In this document: piece by piece, positions 40,689 to 55,380 of the stretch
How the letters are laid out: every line of letters begins with the position of its first letter
Numbering within the stretch: the first letter of the stretch is position 1
From: the human T2T-CHM13v2.0 reference genome, Homo sapiens
DNA length: 64,000 nt
Reading direction: 5' to 3' (one strand)
NCBI RefSeq assembly: GCF_009914755.1
Contig: NC_060925.1
The notes under the pieces: generated by a model
Database searches by the model: none
The model's input: only the letters and a program-made list of their open reading frames with translations
Told to the model about the DNA's origin: nothing
Translations under genes and position numbers: made by a program

Positions 40689-43149
40689 TATCAGTGAGAT
40701 TTTTAAAAAACCCAAAACCTCATTGACCACAAAAGTAAATAAATAAGTAAATGTGGCAGTGCTTTGGTGAAACACCAACGAGATGATGTCTGGTTTTCAT
40801 TAAAAATCATAAGTAATATAATAAATATATCAAGTTAATTCATACCAGAAACCAAAGCTTACACAGCGTCATACTGTAATACCTCAGAAAGCAGTCCTGG
40901 GGACAACCAAGAGGTGCCCAGGGGTTTACTAGTGATCCCCAAACCATGTTGTCATGTCCCTGGGTCTAGGTGTAACTTCAAAACATAAAGAATACACAAG
41001 ACTATATTGCTGCTTCATTCTGAGGAGAGGCATGTCACTCCTCTTCTTCCTTATCAAATACCTAGAAACTGCAGCCACACAGTTCAGTTAAGTAAACATT
41101 TCCAAATCTGTGAAGGAAGATCCAGCTAGCTGTACAGTGGTGGTAGTGCCTTTCAAGTTTGGCTCTGCTCCCTAAAAGGCATAGGCATTCACCTGTTTCA
41201 TCAAGGTAGGGTATTGTCAGGTGTGTCCAAGTGCATTAGAAATGTCACCGATGTTACCAGCTGCTTCCTAAGAAGAAAAAAGACCTAGAACCCGAATTAT
41301 GAACAAACAGAGTCTTATTTACATAACTGATATCAGAACTCACATGTTGTGTCCACACTTAGTCTAAGTCCAAATAAAACTGAGAAAGCACATAAACTAT
41401 TCAGCCAGATATTTAGCATTTTATATATTTATAAGTATATATCTATATCTATATCTATATATCCATATCTATGGATAACTATGTAGACATTTTTCTATTT
41501 TTTAATCCAGATGTTCTGATGCTATATTTACATACGTATATACATAAATAGTCATAGTCATCAGATTTCTAATCTGTTGCTTCAACTCCCACATCTTCCA
41601 AGTTTTTGACTCAGCTAGGATCACAGGTACCCACTTCTGGATGCACACACCTCACACACAATGCTGACCCTGATGGGATTTTTAGATGAGTTTCAGGGGG
41701 TCTCAGGGAATCTCATTTAAAAAAAAACTGTCAGACCCCAGAAATTAACTATTTTCTTGTTTCCAGACTTGCTGAGGAAATATTTTTCTCTTTTTTAGAG
41801 AAAATGTATACACCATACCCTACAAGAGCATGTGTCATCTAAACTGTATAAGGGATCATTTGCTGTTGGTGACTTTGAAGTTCTGAATAAATACTCAGAA
41901 CAAATATCATATTGAAAGTCAAGCCATTGACAGACATGGACATGGACAGCCGCACATTGCCCAGCACTGCTTTGCTGCAGAGAGTTTGCTTTATAAGCTC
42001 ACGACGCCAGGATAGTCCAGCATTTTGGTCACGTGGGGCTAAGACCAAATTATCAGACTGAAAAAGAAGCAGCCTTGCTTGTGCAGAGAAGGAGAGTCAT
42101 CAGCATCCTGATTACTTTTAGTGATACAACATATATCTCCCTTTCTTTTCTCCAAGAGTCGTTATGAAAATGGTGATGAAGGTTGCAGCCACCGTCAGCT
42201 CCTCCAGGACCGACAACAAAAAGTAGACACCTCACTACTGAAAGTAAGATTTTATATGATTTCTGCTTCCTTTTGTGATTTGCCTCTATATTCTCCTGCC
42301 AAAGAATGCAACAGCTTCATAAACAGTGACATGAGGACAGAGCTTGGCTTTCCAATCTAAGTTAGAAGTGGTTTGGTTTGGACCTGCTAAGGGGAAGCAT
42401 TCTGTATTCAGTCTGATTGGTTCACTCAACCCTCCTTCTAAAGAAAAAGAAGTCTTACCCCCCAACTTTCAGAACCACAAAACACGAAACCATTCATCTC
42501 TCACTTTAGAACTTTGCTTGAACCACTCAACACCCCTAACTGAGGCATGCGTCTCTCCATTCAGGGAAGCCCGTTTCTCAGAGCCAAGCACATTTCTATA
42601 AATGCTTCATGTGGGAAGGAACAAAACCAATAAGTCAGAAAGCTGACTCAGAAATGATTGGAAGTGTTTCCTTTCTTCCCCCAGCAGATTTGTTGCTCCA
42701 TGGTGATTTTCCGGTGTGATCATTATGCAAGGCTTGGCTGACTGTCAGTAAAGGACAGAGTATTTGGCTATCACTATTATGACTTTTACATTTGGGGCAA
42801 TTGCTTTCAATGAATACAAATGTGCCAGTGAGCAGGACTAAAGTACACAAGTTATGCTCCACAGCAAGCTCTGATGAGCCAACACCTCAGATTTTTGGGA
42901 ACCTATGGCCTGGCCTCGTTTATCTTTCTCAAAAATGGAAGCCACTGCAGGGGCCATAGCATTGGAAGCCTGGGACCCACCACTCAACTGGAGTCTGGAC
43001 AACAGGCCATGGACCTCAGGACTCTTGGGCCCTCGGTGTTGTGTCAATCAATCAGCAAACACTTATTGATCACTTTGCCAGGTCCAAATGGCATCAAGTT
43101 TTTCACTTGAAAGGGCGGTCACTAGTAACAAATTTTGCATTGTAAAGAT

Positions 43150-43345
43150 AGTGCTGCCTACAAGACACATGCAAATGAATTACTCTTTTTCAGTCCTGAC
43201 AACGGCTCCACTAGGTAGCCGCTACTCTTGTCCTTACTGCACAGATGAGAAAACTCAACCTCGGAGGAGTTCAGTGCTATGCCCCAAATCACAAAGCCGG
43301 CAAATTCAGAATCACATTTAGGCCTGATCTCTTTCCACTACCCAT
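43150..43345 (-). mobile_element. MIR SINE
   Basis: cacagatgagaaaactcaacctcggagg...cccaaatcaca. Confidence 0.65.
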
Positions 43346-43566
43346 CAGCTGGGAACATTAGCAAGGAACTTGGTCCTGGTGCTCTCCTTGAAAGAGTCCC
43401 ATGTTCCCAAGAGTGGTACAAAGTTCCTTGAGAATCGAACAGCCAGGGCTACAGGAGGGAGAAGTCCCTGCAGCTCCCTGCATACCCAAAGGCCACCGGG
43501 CCTCCTTGCTGTGGTTCCTTCAGAATACACCATCAGGTAGATCATTCCTGAATTTTATGTGTCTAG

Positions 43567-44078
<512 letters not shown>

Positions 44079-44814
44079 TGTTTTGCTTTTTAATTACTTT
44101 CACTTCAGTTTCCTCATCCATTAAACAGAAATAATAAAAATGCCTACTTCCAAAGGGTCACTATAAGAATTAAATAACATTGAAAGCAAAGCCACATGTT
44201 GCCCGGCATATGGTAAGCACTCAATCAATAATCATTATTCATATTGTTATCATCATTAATTTTATATTTATATAATACCTCTGGACTAATTTTATTCTAA
44301 AATATACTAATTTCCTGTATGAAGCCAGTCTGACAAACATCAGTGGAGTGCCTGGCACTGGACAAGGCCCAGGGAACACCAGGAGGCATCAGAGAGTCTC
44401 TCAAGTAGAGAAAGGTGCTCGGCATAGGAGGATCTTGATTTAGGAAGGAGTATGTGGACATTAAGTGAAGCTTAGAGGTTTTTTTAAACTGTTAAACATT
44501 TGGAAAAGGAAGTTTTATGCAGGCCCATGTATGCACACGGTGCTCACATGCAGTACCTTGGATGACAGTTCTTGATTCTTCACCTCTACTCTAAAAATAT
44601 TGCCCGCCTTCTACCCTGTTCGCTTCGTATTTTGCTAAGCAACTGGCTAGTTTATTTGAAAAAAAAATATGCAAGGAAGTGTTAGTAACTTAACTTTACT
44701 AGTCTTAGAAAATAAATTGGAATTGGAATTGGAGTAGTTAAAGCTCTCCCCATTGGGAGCTTCAGGCAATATTGTTCTCAGGACTGTATACTTGGGGTTT
44801 GGCAGGTGGAAATG

Positions 44815-45290
44815 TATTCATTCATTTATCCAGTCAGCCAACCAGCCAACCAGCCAGCCAATCACTCAACAAATGTGCCAGCATATCGATGTTGAACAAC
44901 ACAAGCATGACCCTGACTTTATTGGACTTTGAATCTAGAAGGAGTGGCAAGCATTCAACAAGCAGACTAATAAAGAAATAATTGCAAATAGTGGTAAAGG
45001 CTAAAGAAAAAAAGATAAAAGATGGGGCAGAGGACATGCATACATGCAGCGATATCAGGAAAGACTTCTCTAAGGGCAGGTATTTAAACTGAGGTGTGCA
45101 GAAGAAGCCAGCCCTGCAAAGACCAGGTCAAGCAGCAGATGAGATGGCAGCGAAAGAGCTTGGGCTCTAAGTCTCAAAAGAGGCTAGCACCATGAGAGCT
45201 TGGGATGGGCAGCCAGAGACAGATCATGCATTGCCTTGGAGATCCTGAAAAGGAGTGTGGATTTTACTAAGGTACTAGAAGATCAGGAAA
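44815..45290 (-). mobile_element. L2 LINE 3' fragment
   Basis: ttcattcattt...cactcaacaaatg...atcaggaaagacttctctaagg...cagatcatgca. Confidence 0.7.
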
Positions 45291-46603
45291 GCTTTCCAGA
45301 TCTCATCCACATGTAGGATCCTTTAATTTATATTTGTATTTCAAGAAAGTGTAATCTCATTTTAATTTAGGACAAAAACCTTTAGCTCTCTTAACTCTTA
45401 GTCAGCACCATCTCACTCCTCTGTAATTTCAGATTCTTGCCCTGCCCAGCATACTGTGCCGGAAAGAGCACAGGTCACCTTTGTTCTTTATGGTGCTACC
45501 ACTGCCAGTAGCTCGACCTTGAGCAAATTACTCAGCATCACAAATCTTGTCTCCTTCATCTATAAAGAAGGTAGGATTGGGGTTGATCTCAAAGATCACT
45601 TTTGCTCTAAATTAATTTGACCAAAACAAGAAGAAAATAACGTCTTACCCTCCCATGGCTTGGCACTTACATTTCCTGCTGCAGAAAAAGTGTGATTTAG
45701 GGGGTAAAGAGCATGATTTAATCTTTACCTGCATGCTAATTCTTCTACCTTGAGCAAATGACCTTATCTCCCTAAGCCTGCTTCCTTGTCTGTAAAATAC
45801 ACGTAATAGCCATACCTACTTCATTGGGTTCTTACGAAGATCTGGGGGCATAATTATTCACAGTGCCATTAATATCATCAACATGCATAGAGCCTCCCAT
45901 AACAGTTTGGCAGGACTTGGATGGGGGAAATAATGGGTGTAAGACTTGAGGCATAATACCAAACAAGTCTTGGGACTTACTTTCATGAATCAGCATGTAC
46001 TGTGCCAATATTAAGGGTGAACCAACATGAGCACTAGATCTGTTTGGAGCCCAGAGGTAAAGTCTGGTCTAGAAACTTGAGGCCGTTGAAAGGTTTTCAG
46101 CTCAAAAGGTATTAGCTCACTTGATGTGAAACACATGGTCTATTGGGAACCTCAAGAAAACACCAGCCATCCACAGTTCCCATCTCTCGTGTGTAAAGAA
46201 TGAAAGGGGGTGGCTGGACAAAGCTTTATTTTACCAGATATAGTCACTGCCAGCAAAGAAAGAAGAAGAAAACAATTAAACTTCTCACATGAGCTAAATC
46301 AAATAAGCCCACCAACCTCTTAGTAAAATATACAGGCATTAAGTCTGGCTGCCTTGACATGTGTTTAAAGACTACCCAACTTTCAGAGGAATTGAATAAA
46401 TAGACTTCAAGTTGTGCGGCTCTCAGGAAAATTTCAAAAGTAAATGCCATTTGATGGCATTGTTTTCCCCTTCTGTTCATAAAATTCACAGAATCACAGG
46501 GATGGAAAACAAATAAGAAAATAAGAAATCATTTCACCCCAACCTGATTTCTAACTCATTGATTTCATAGGTCAAATGATTCTGAGCAAGATGATCCTGA
46601 AGT

Positions 46604-46934
46604 TCAAGCTGTGACTCAACTGCTTAACCAAATAAGATACATGCACTCATAAACACCAAATCCTCCTTACTTCCCGGCAGGACTTCCCACCTCTCCACCA
46701 AGGTCATCAACAGTACCAATGTCCCCACATTCCACACCCAGTAAAAATGTCTAAAGGGACAGAGAAATCTAAAAAATGCACTAACAAATCTCTGAGGTCA
46801 GATTGCCTGGATTCAAATTCCAGTGTCACCGCTTACAGGTTGTGTGAAATTGGGTGAGTAACTTCTGCAAGCCATAGTTTTTTCATCTATAAAATCGAGA
46901 TCAAGTTGTGACTCAACTGCTTAACCAAATAAGA
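46604..46934 (+). repeat. 269-bp dispersed duplication of 48929-49198 flanked by 34-bp direct repeats
   Basis: 46635-46903 matches 48929-49198 with ~8 differences; direct repeats at 46604-46637 and 46901-46934. Confidence 0.95.
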
Positions 46935-47699
46935 AGAGAGCTGGAGTAGAAATGAAGACTAGGGAGCAAAAGGGTAGGTCCAATTTTGACGACATTTTTA
47001 TTTCTCTGAGGTCTCAACCACATATTGGCCAGCTTCATTTTGTATAATTCCAAGAATATTCTGCTTATGCAAGTACTTCCCAGTCAAATACGTCTTTTGA
47101 AATTAGTAGGTGTGTTTCCTGGACTTGGCTGCTTCCAGTTGTCGGCCATTTGGAAAGCCAGGAGGAAATGAGGAAGGGCGATAAGGACAGAGGGCTGACA
47201 GGCTGCCAGCTCTAGTTCTATTCCTGACTCCACACAGAGGAACACAATGATAAGTAGTCATCTAAAAAAAGAAAAGTGAATGGGGTGTGGGGCCCTGCTT
47301 TCTCAGTAATGATTACTCAGTTTAAATAGACAAAATATTGTATGATAAGTTGGTTACCAAGTTGTATGTAGGCTACAGCTTGTATACTGGAAAGTAGGAA
47401 GGACAGAGGGAAGGAAGTGGAGGGTGGGTTGGAAGAAGAGCAGGGAAAGACAAACAGGTAAGCATGCAAAAATGTACTAAAATATGAATTAAATGGTCAT
47501 AACCATTTATTGAGGACTAGGCTCTATACTCTATGCTTTAAAGATATTTTCATGTCAGTCCTCAAAGAAAGATATTCTTTTTCAAACAAAAAAACCTTCA
47601 TGGTTTGTTATTACTTCAGAAGGCTTGAGTGGCTTTTTTCTCTTCTCTTCTTATACTATGGAAACATTGCTTTGGAAATGGAAAACAAATGTTTACTGC

Positions 47700-48048
<349 letters not shown>

Positions 48049-49084
48049 TGAGTGAGGCAGCTGACCACCCAGCAGACAAGGACTCAGAGGAAGATACCAA
48101 GGAGAATACAGAGTATGGCTTACCCCTGATCAGAGTGCACAAGAGACCCAAGGAGCTCAACAAAGGTTGAAGCCCTGTCAGAAATCCTTTTACTGATCCT
48201 GCTTCCCTCTATGCAAACTGTATTGCACCTCTTAACTCTCCAAAAAGGGTGGTTAAGATCCACAGGAAACTTCCCCTGTTGTTCAAGCTAGTCCTAGATG
48301 GACTATTTTAACTGAGTCAACTTGTGACTGCCAAGCACTTACTTGAGAGTATTAGTTTGTAATATAAATAACACTTAAATATACACAGTTTTCCCTTATT
48401 GAAAAAAAATTGTGTCTTATATTTTAGAATTGTAACAGTAGAGGCATTTAAGAGAACAAGCTTGTAACAACAGAGTAAGCACCAGAACAATCTTCTCTAA
48501 TTGGGAGGGAAGTTCCTCAGTTTTCCATAACGGCATTGACATTACATCTCCAGATGCTCTGCCAGATTGTTAACTCTACACCCCACAGTATCTGATTTTG
48601 GCAAGCTTAGATCAGGACACACAACTGAAGTCAAAACTGCCTAGGAGCCATGTGAATAAAGACCAAGTCTCAATTAGCGGGTCAAGAAACAAGCTAATCA
48701 ATTAGCAGCCGGGCTTTCTCCAACTCACCAAATTAAGATGCCTTTATAAGCATAGATGATCTTTGTAAATGAACTTTCCCCTCCAGTTCCTCCTCTGGGA
48801 GGTTAGACATTATAAGAAAATAGTTGTATGAATCATCTATATTTCTAAAAAATACTGAGTGCCTCCAGGTGTGACACAGATGGTGGACAATAAAAGGGGA
48901 GAAACCATTTTTCATGAATAAGGCACATAGATACATGCACTCATAAACACCAAATCCTCTTTACTTCCCGGCAGGACTTCCCACCTCTCCACCAAGGTCA
49001 TCAACAGTACCAATGTCCCCACATTCCACACCCAGTAAAAATGTCTAAAGGGACAGAGAAATCTAAAAAATGCACTAACAAATC

Positions 49085-49290
49085 TCTGAAGTCAGATTGC
49101 CTGGATTCAAATTCCAGTGCCACCACTTACAGGTTGTGTGAAATTGGGTAAGTAAACTTCTGCAAGCCATAGTTTTTCCATCTATAAAATTGAGATCATG
49201 TTAATACTTTCCTCTTGGGATTTTGTGAAAATTAAATAAGTTAATGCCTAGAAAGTAACCAGTATGGTGCCAGACACCAGGTTTTATGGT
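49085..49290 (+). mobile_element. MIR SINE (5' part is within the duplicated segment)
   Basis: ctctgaagtcagattgcctggattcaaattcc...catctataaaattgagat...ttgtgaaaattaaataag. Confidence 0.75.
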
Positions 49291-49527
49291 CAGGACATAA
49301 TTGCTAACCTGTAATATTCCTTCAAACAAAAAGAAAGAGAAGAGGAGAGAGGAGGAGAAGAGAAACAGAAGAGAAGCAAAAAGGAGGGAAAAAATATTTA
49401 CTTTATCCTCTTCATATTTCTGTGATGATGGAAGAAAATTTAGCTGAACATCTTTAGGATGTGTTGCAGCCAAGAGAAGTTAGATGCCCTTCAGAAGAGG
49501 GAAGAGGAAAGCCAGGAAGAAACCAAG

Positions 49528-50203
49528 TGTCTTAGTCTGTTTTGTCCTGTTCTGTGCTATAACAGAATATAACAGACTTGGTTATTTATTATTTATTTAT
49601 TTATATATTTTGAGAAAGGGTCTTGCTCTGTCACCCAGGCTGGAGTGCAGTGGCCCGATCACAGCACACTGCAGCCTCAGCTTCCCAGGGTAAAGCAATC
49701 CTCCCCAATCAGCCTCCTGAGTAGCTGAGACCACAGGCATGTGCCACCATGCCTGGCTAATTTTTGTCTTTTGTAGAGATAAGGTTTTGCCATGTTGCCC
49801 AGGCTGGTCTCAAACTCTTAGGCTCAAGTGATCTGCCTACTTTGGCCTCCCAAAGTGCTAGGATTAAAGGCATGAGCTACCATGCCTAGCCCAGCCACAT
49901 AATTTATAATGAACAGAAATTCACTGGCTCATGATTCTGGAGGCTTGGAAGTCCAAGATCAAGTGGCTGTCATCTAGTGGGGGCCTTCTTGTTGTGTTAT
50001 CCCAATGCAGAAAGGCAAAGACAAGGTGAAAAAGAGAACAAACTCACTTCCTCAAGCCATTTTATAATTGGCATTAATCTATTCATGAAGGCAAAGTCTT
50101 TATGGCCTTCTAACCTCTCAAAAGCCCCATCTATTAACCCCGTTGCATTGATGATTAAATTACCAGCACATGCTTTTGAGGGGGACCCATTCAAACCACA
50201 GCA
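49528..50203 (-). mobile_element. MST-type MaLR solo LTR interrupted by an Alu
   Basis: tgtcttagtc...ttctggaggcttggaagtccaagatc...attcaaaccacagca termini. Confidence 0.85.
49586..49895 (-). mobile_element. Alu (AluJ-type) inside the MST LTR
   Basis: (ttta)n tail; cactgcagcctc...ctcaaactcttaggctcaagtgatc, J-type features. Confidence 0.93.
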
Positions 50204-50819
50204 GTAACAGAAACTGCCGTATCATGAATATCGATCATGTACCAATTATTTTGTCCATATCACCTCACTTTCTGAAGAAACGCACACTCCAGAACTTCAG
50301 GCTTCTGCCACATGTCACACAGTCAGTTGAGCAGTGGAGTTGATATTTAAACTCACTCTGTTCGTCTATAAGTTTCACCTCATACCACCACAGCTGCGAT
50401 GTCAAATTTGATACAAAAATCATTTGCATGGTTTGTCTTATTTTATCTGTCCTTCCCAACAATGCTGGTAGAGAAAAAAATTAAGCTGTAATATTATTTC
50501 CAAAGAACATTATATGATCCTTAGTTTTTAAACTCAAACTCTGATTGACATACTAAGGAGTTATAGGCTTGGGTTATTATTGTTGTTAATGTCAGACTCT
50601 CATCAAAAGGAGGAATTACACTTCTTAGGAAACACCCTGAATAAAATTAAGTTTAAAATAGGACCTGTCTTTCCAGATACCTCAAACTCCAGAGGTTTCA
50701 AATTAGTCTAGACATTCAATGGCCTGGAGGCAAGAGTCTGGAACAGTTGTCTATTCTCACTGATCCAATTAAGAAGGACATGAGAAAGACTATCAGAGAG
50801 GTGTTTACTGCACACAAGG

Positions 50820-51750
50820 TTACCAGTGGATTCTTCCTCCAATTCTGTTGCCCAAATTATTGAAAAAGCCTCCATGCTGCTCTCCCAGCTCCTACTTTTG
50901 CCCACCCCAATCTATTCCCTGAGTTGTGGTAAAAGGGATCTTAATGTGCATCAGATCATGTCACACTCTTCCTCAAAACGTTTTTGTGTCTTTGAATTAT
51001 CCTTAGAATCTACTTCAAAAATTTGATATGGCCTTTGAAGTCTTGAATGATCTGGCCCCAGCCTCATCTTGAGCCACACTCATTATCCAGGTTTTTAAAA
51101 ACATGAACAAATTTTGTTTACGTGACCAACTCTCACCAAACATTTTCTGCTTCAGAGCCTTTGAATATACTGCTGTTCCTACCTACAATAATCTTCTTTG
51201 CCTCTCCTATAGTCCCAAGCCACCAACACACACACACACACACACAAAGACAACCAACACAACCATTCCCACTGCCACTTCCTTCTCGTACTTTAGGTCT
51301 TCAGAGAAGCCTTTCCTGACCCACAGCCTTCAGTACTTCTGGGCCCACACAGGCCTCCATCCCAGCCATTTGTTCTTGTCAATATCAGCCCTTTGTTTTC
51401 TTCATAGCAATCAGGACAAGTTGAGTCTTCATTGGCTCCTGACTGCCTTCCTGGCACATGGAGGGCCTCCATAAAATTTTGTTGGGTAAATGAGCAAATG
51501 AACAAAGGTGTATGCAGCATGTTATCCTCCTTTTGTTTTTCTTCAGATCTCTAATAACTCCCTCAAGCTGTATTATAACTTTCCTTGTTTACTTCTTTAT
51601 TGTTTGACTCTCCTTCTAGAAAGCAAACTCCACCAGAAGAGAGACTTCGTTGGGTTCGTTGTTTTATCCAGTGCCCAAAATGGTGCCTGGCATATAATAT
51701 GCACCCAGAAAGTATTTGCTGGATGAGTGAATGAATGAATAAATGAATAC
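50820..51750 (+). mobile_element. L2 LINE fragments
   Basis: cagatcatgtcacactc...ctagaaagcaaactccacc...gtgcctggcatata...tgaatgaatgaa tail. Confidence 0.7.
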
Positions 51751-53909
51751 TTGTATCCCTAGAGTCAAGTGCAGTGTCTAGATCAGAATAAATGCTTACT
51801 ACATGGAAATGTGCTCTGATTCCTTCTTATAATTTAGTAACAATCTGATTTTGACCCAGCTAGAAGCTATGATTAATGTTTCATATAGTCAAAGGCAATA
51901 ATAGACTGCATTTTATAAACAGATAGTTCATGTTCAGGAACAAGGAGGTACCTTTTGCCTCACCAAACTTTTACACCGGTCATCAGTTGCAAGTTCTGAA
52001 TTGAAAAATCTTCTCCTGGTATGAGCTTTTGGATCACTTTTGACTCAGTGGTCCTCCACCACCTCCCCTTAGGGCCAGTGAAAATTAACCTTGGGAGATG
52101 TTCTGTTGAGACAAAGAAGCAATGTGCCCTTCAAATAACTGTTTCCATGACCAAATCCCACTTCAACTCTTTCAAGTATTGCCTATAACACTCACAAAAG
52201 AAAACAAATCTCTCTTGACACAACACTTTGACCAAGTTCAATCTGCTTATTCATGTTATTCCAACTTTTTTTGGTAGAGAAGATAAACATGGTCTCTGAA
52301 AAAAAACATAATCAAAAAAGCACCACCCAGGCCCTTCCAAGGCCCAGCCCTGCTTTCCAGATGCTCTCCCTTTTCAGCTTGGTTTAATTAAAGCTCCGTA
52401 TGTCAGCAACCCATCAGCTTCAGGTGTGATTCAGATTGCCCCAAAGCATCAGAAAACCTGCCAAGCAACCCAAGCATGAGAGTGAAGTTGAGAAATGTAC
52501 TCCCCAGAACAAAGCTCATCATTACAAGGGGAAGCCTTGCTCGGAGGAGGAGCAAAGTGATTATCTCTCTCTCTGCTTCAAATTTAGACACATAGCAAAG
52601 ATAACTCGGTTCAAATGCAATCTGCGTCTTAGATCAGTGACAATGCTCTTGAGGGAGGCGTGATACTTCTGAAGTCTAACTTCTGGTCAAACTTGGCGAC
52701 CTCTCAAACTGTGGCCATGGTATATAAAAGATGCTGAGAACCCTAGTGAGTCTGTACCCTCACACAGTAGAAAGCTCACAGCTTGCTTGTTTATTCTTCT
52801 TTTTCCCCTTGATGTGTCAGATCTGAACTTTTTGTAGTGCCTCTGGGTTCGTAGTTAGACAAAAATGCATTAGCTAACAGAGTTTTCTGGCTGTGGTAGC
52901 CAGAAATTGAAAGATAACTCGCAACATTATTCAGTCATAGATGAAAACCAAATTCCTATGGGAGATGGGAAGAGAATTCTCTCTGAATAAACGGGACCCT
53001 TGCTCAAGACCTGAAGCCCAGAGTGTGCAGTCCCTGTAAAGGCAAACAGAAAAGCATTTAAAAATCTCCTACAGTTCCATGATATGGAATGCTCATCTCC
53101 AGGTTACATTAATGGGACGCTTAGCCAAAGCTGTTAAGAATTTTTTACCATGCGACCAAAACAAATGTAAAACAAAAATGGTCCTTACCCAAAACCAGCC
53201 TGTATAGACAATGCATCTTTGTGATTCTGCAAATCTTTTCATTACATTTCTAAGAGATGTCACCAGAGGTTTTGGGTACTGTGTGAACACAAGAGTAGTT
53301 CATTAACATTTATTTGATCTAGAAACTTCTAGAACAACTTTTAAGTGGTGCATGCTCTGAACTGAGTGAATTAACTGGTTGTTTTCAGATCATGAAGACA
53401 ATAGCTATGCTTCTGGCAGCTCAGCAGTGATGCATGTGGGTTAAGAGAAGTTTCCTTGCAACAGTTTACATGGTGTAAACAGCAACTTGAAACATTTTCA
53501 GGAGCAGCTAAAAAGAAACAAACTAAAACTAAAGCTCCTGGCATGGGCTTGATACACAGAATGCAGAGCAATGTGCAGCTAGATAGGATGGTTTATCACT
53601 AGGATGTGAGATGTAGCTCCTTAGAAATTTCACAGAAGCTACCATACTCAACAGGCCATAAAGTTTTTTTAAAATTCAGCCTCAGCAACAAATCAGCTCA
53701 ATGGGATAGTAGCAAGATATAGTGGAAAAGGCACTGGATGAATTAGGATGCGCTAATTCTCCTCCCAATTCTATTTTTAAGCTTCTGGATGCCTTGGGCA
53801 AGTCACTTAATATATCCCCCTCAATTTGCATGTCTGCAAAGTAGAAATAATAGCATCTGACCCAGCTACCACACAGAATTGAAAGAAGGTGATCTGTGCA
53901 AAAACACTT

Positions 53910-54528
53910 TGGTCCTGGGTACATGCCCAAAAGAATTAAATGCAGGAACTCAAACAGATACGTGTACACCAATAATCAGCTCAGCATTGTTCACATGGCC
54001 AAAAGGTGAAAACAACCCAAATATTCATCAACAGATGAATGGACAAACAAAATATGGTATGTACATGCAATAGAATATTATTCCATGTTAAAAAGGAATA
54101 AAATTCTAGCACATACTACAAAATGAATGAACATTGAAAACATCATGCCAAATGAATAAATCAGACACCAAAGGACAAATACTGTATAATTCCACTTATA
54201 GGAGGTACCTAGAAATAGGCACGTTCACAGAGACAGAAAGTAGAATAGAGAGTACTGAAGCTGAAGAAAAGGGGGAATGGGTGGTTTTCTTTAAAGGGTA
54301 CAGAGTTTCTGAGATGATGACCAAGTTCTGGAAATAGTAGTGATGGTTGTACAACCTTGAACAATGTACTTAATGCCACTAAATGGTACACTTAAAAATG
54401 GTTAAAATGGGGTGATGGAGAAGGACACAATATGCTATGGGGTCCTGGGCCATAGTGGATGGCGAGCAGGATATAAAAAAAATTAAAATGATAAATTTTA
54501 TATGCTATGTGTATTTTACCACTATTTT
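53910..54528 (+). mobile_element. L1MB-type 3' end
   Basis: cccaaaagaattaaatgcagg...catcaacagatgaatgg...tacacttaaaaatggttaaaatgg...ttttaccac. Confidence 0.88.
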
Positions 54529-54616
54529 ATTATTATTATTTTTTCATTTATTTTATTATACTTTAAGTTCTAGGGTACATGTGCACAATGTGCAGATTTG
54601 TTACATAGGTATACAA
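54529..54616 (-). mobile_element. Extremely 5'-truncated L1PA insertion
   Basis: ttattatactttaagttctagggtacatgtgcacaatgtgcag; TSD taccactatttt / taccacaatttt. Confidence 0.9.
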
Positions 54617-55146
54617 TACCACAATTTTTAAAATGTGCCGTAATACCAAAAGTTCCATACAAATGCTGAATATTAATTTTTAGAGTCCCGACTTTTCCTT
54701 GTATCAGCATCAGTTTACCAGCTTCACTTGAAAATGGCATCCCCATAACTTAGGCATTTATACCAAAGGGGGAAAAAAACAGTAAAGGCATGCTCAAATT
54801 TATACCACCTTGTTGAAGAAAGCTTGTAACCAGTAGGTGTTACCTGTGGGAAGTTTTGGGACTAAATACAGCACAACAGCTAACTAGAAAAAAAAAAAAA
54901 TCTCTTTGCAAGATTTTAGAAAAAATTCTTTTTTCCTTAAATATTTTTTTTCAATGACATCTGAAACCTGATATCAAGAGCATTTACAATTGGTTTCAAT
55001 CAAAATTAACCAAAACTGAAAAGTCAGGAGAAGACAATAGGGATTACAATGAATAAGTATATGGGAAATAGAAGGAAGGGGTCAGGTCCAACTTTTGATG
55101 AACCTATATAATTTGTTGCCTCCGATACTAGGATGATCTCCTAAAT

Positions 55147-55380
55147 CAGCAGTTCCTAACATTTTTGGCACCAGGGACCAGTTTTGTGGAAGACAATTTT
55201 TACACAGACCAGGGCAGTGGGGTGGGGGATGGTTGCAAGATGATTCAAGTGCATTATGTTTATTGTGCATTTTATTTCTATTATTATTACCTTGTAATAT
55301 ACAATGAAATAATTATACAACTCATTATAATGTAGAAACAGTGGGAACCCGGAGCTTATTTTCCTGCAACTAGACAGTCC
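55147..55380 (+). mobile_element. MER1B (hAT-Charlie), partial
   Basis: tttttggcaccagggaccagttttgtggaagacaattttt...ttttcctgcaactagacagtcc. Confidence 0.85.

Noticed and set aside
46604-46934. CRISPR-like repeat-spacer-repeat reading of the 34-bp direct repeats
   Set aside because: There are only two repeats, the 'spacer' is a local genomic copy of ~260 bp, and the context is eukaryotic with no cas genes.
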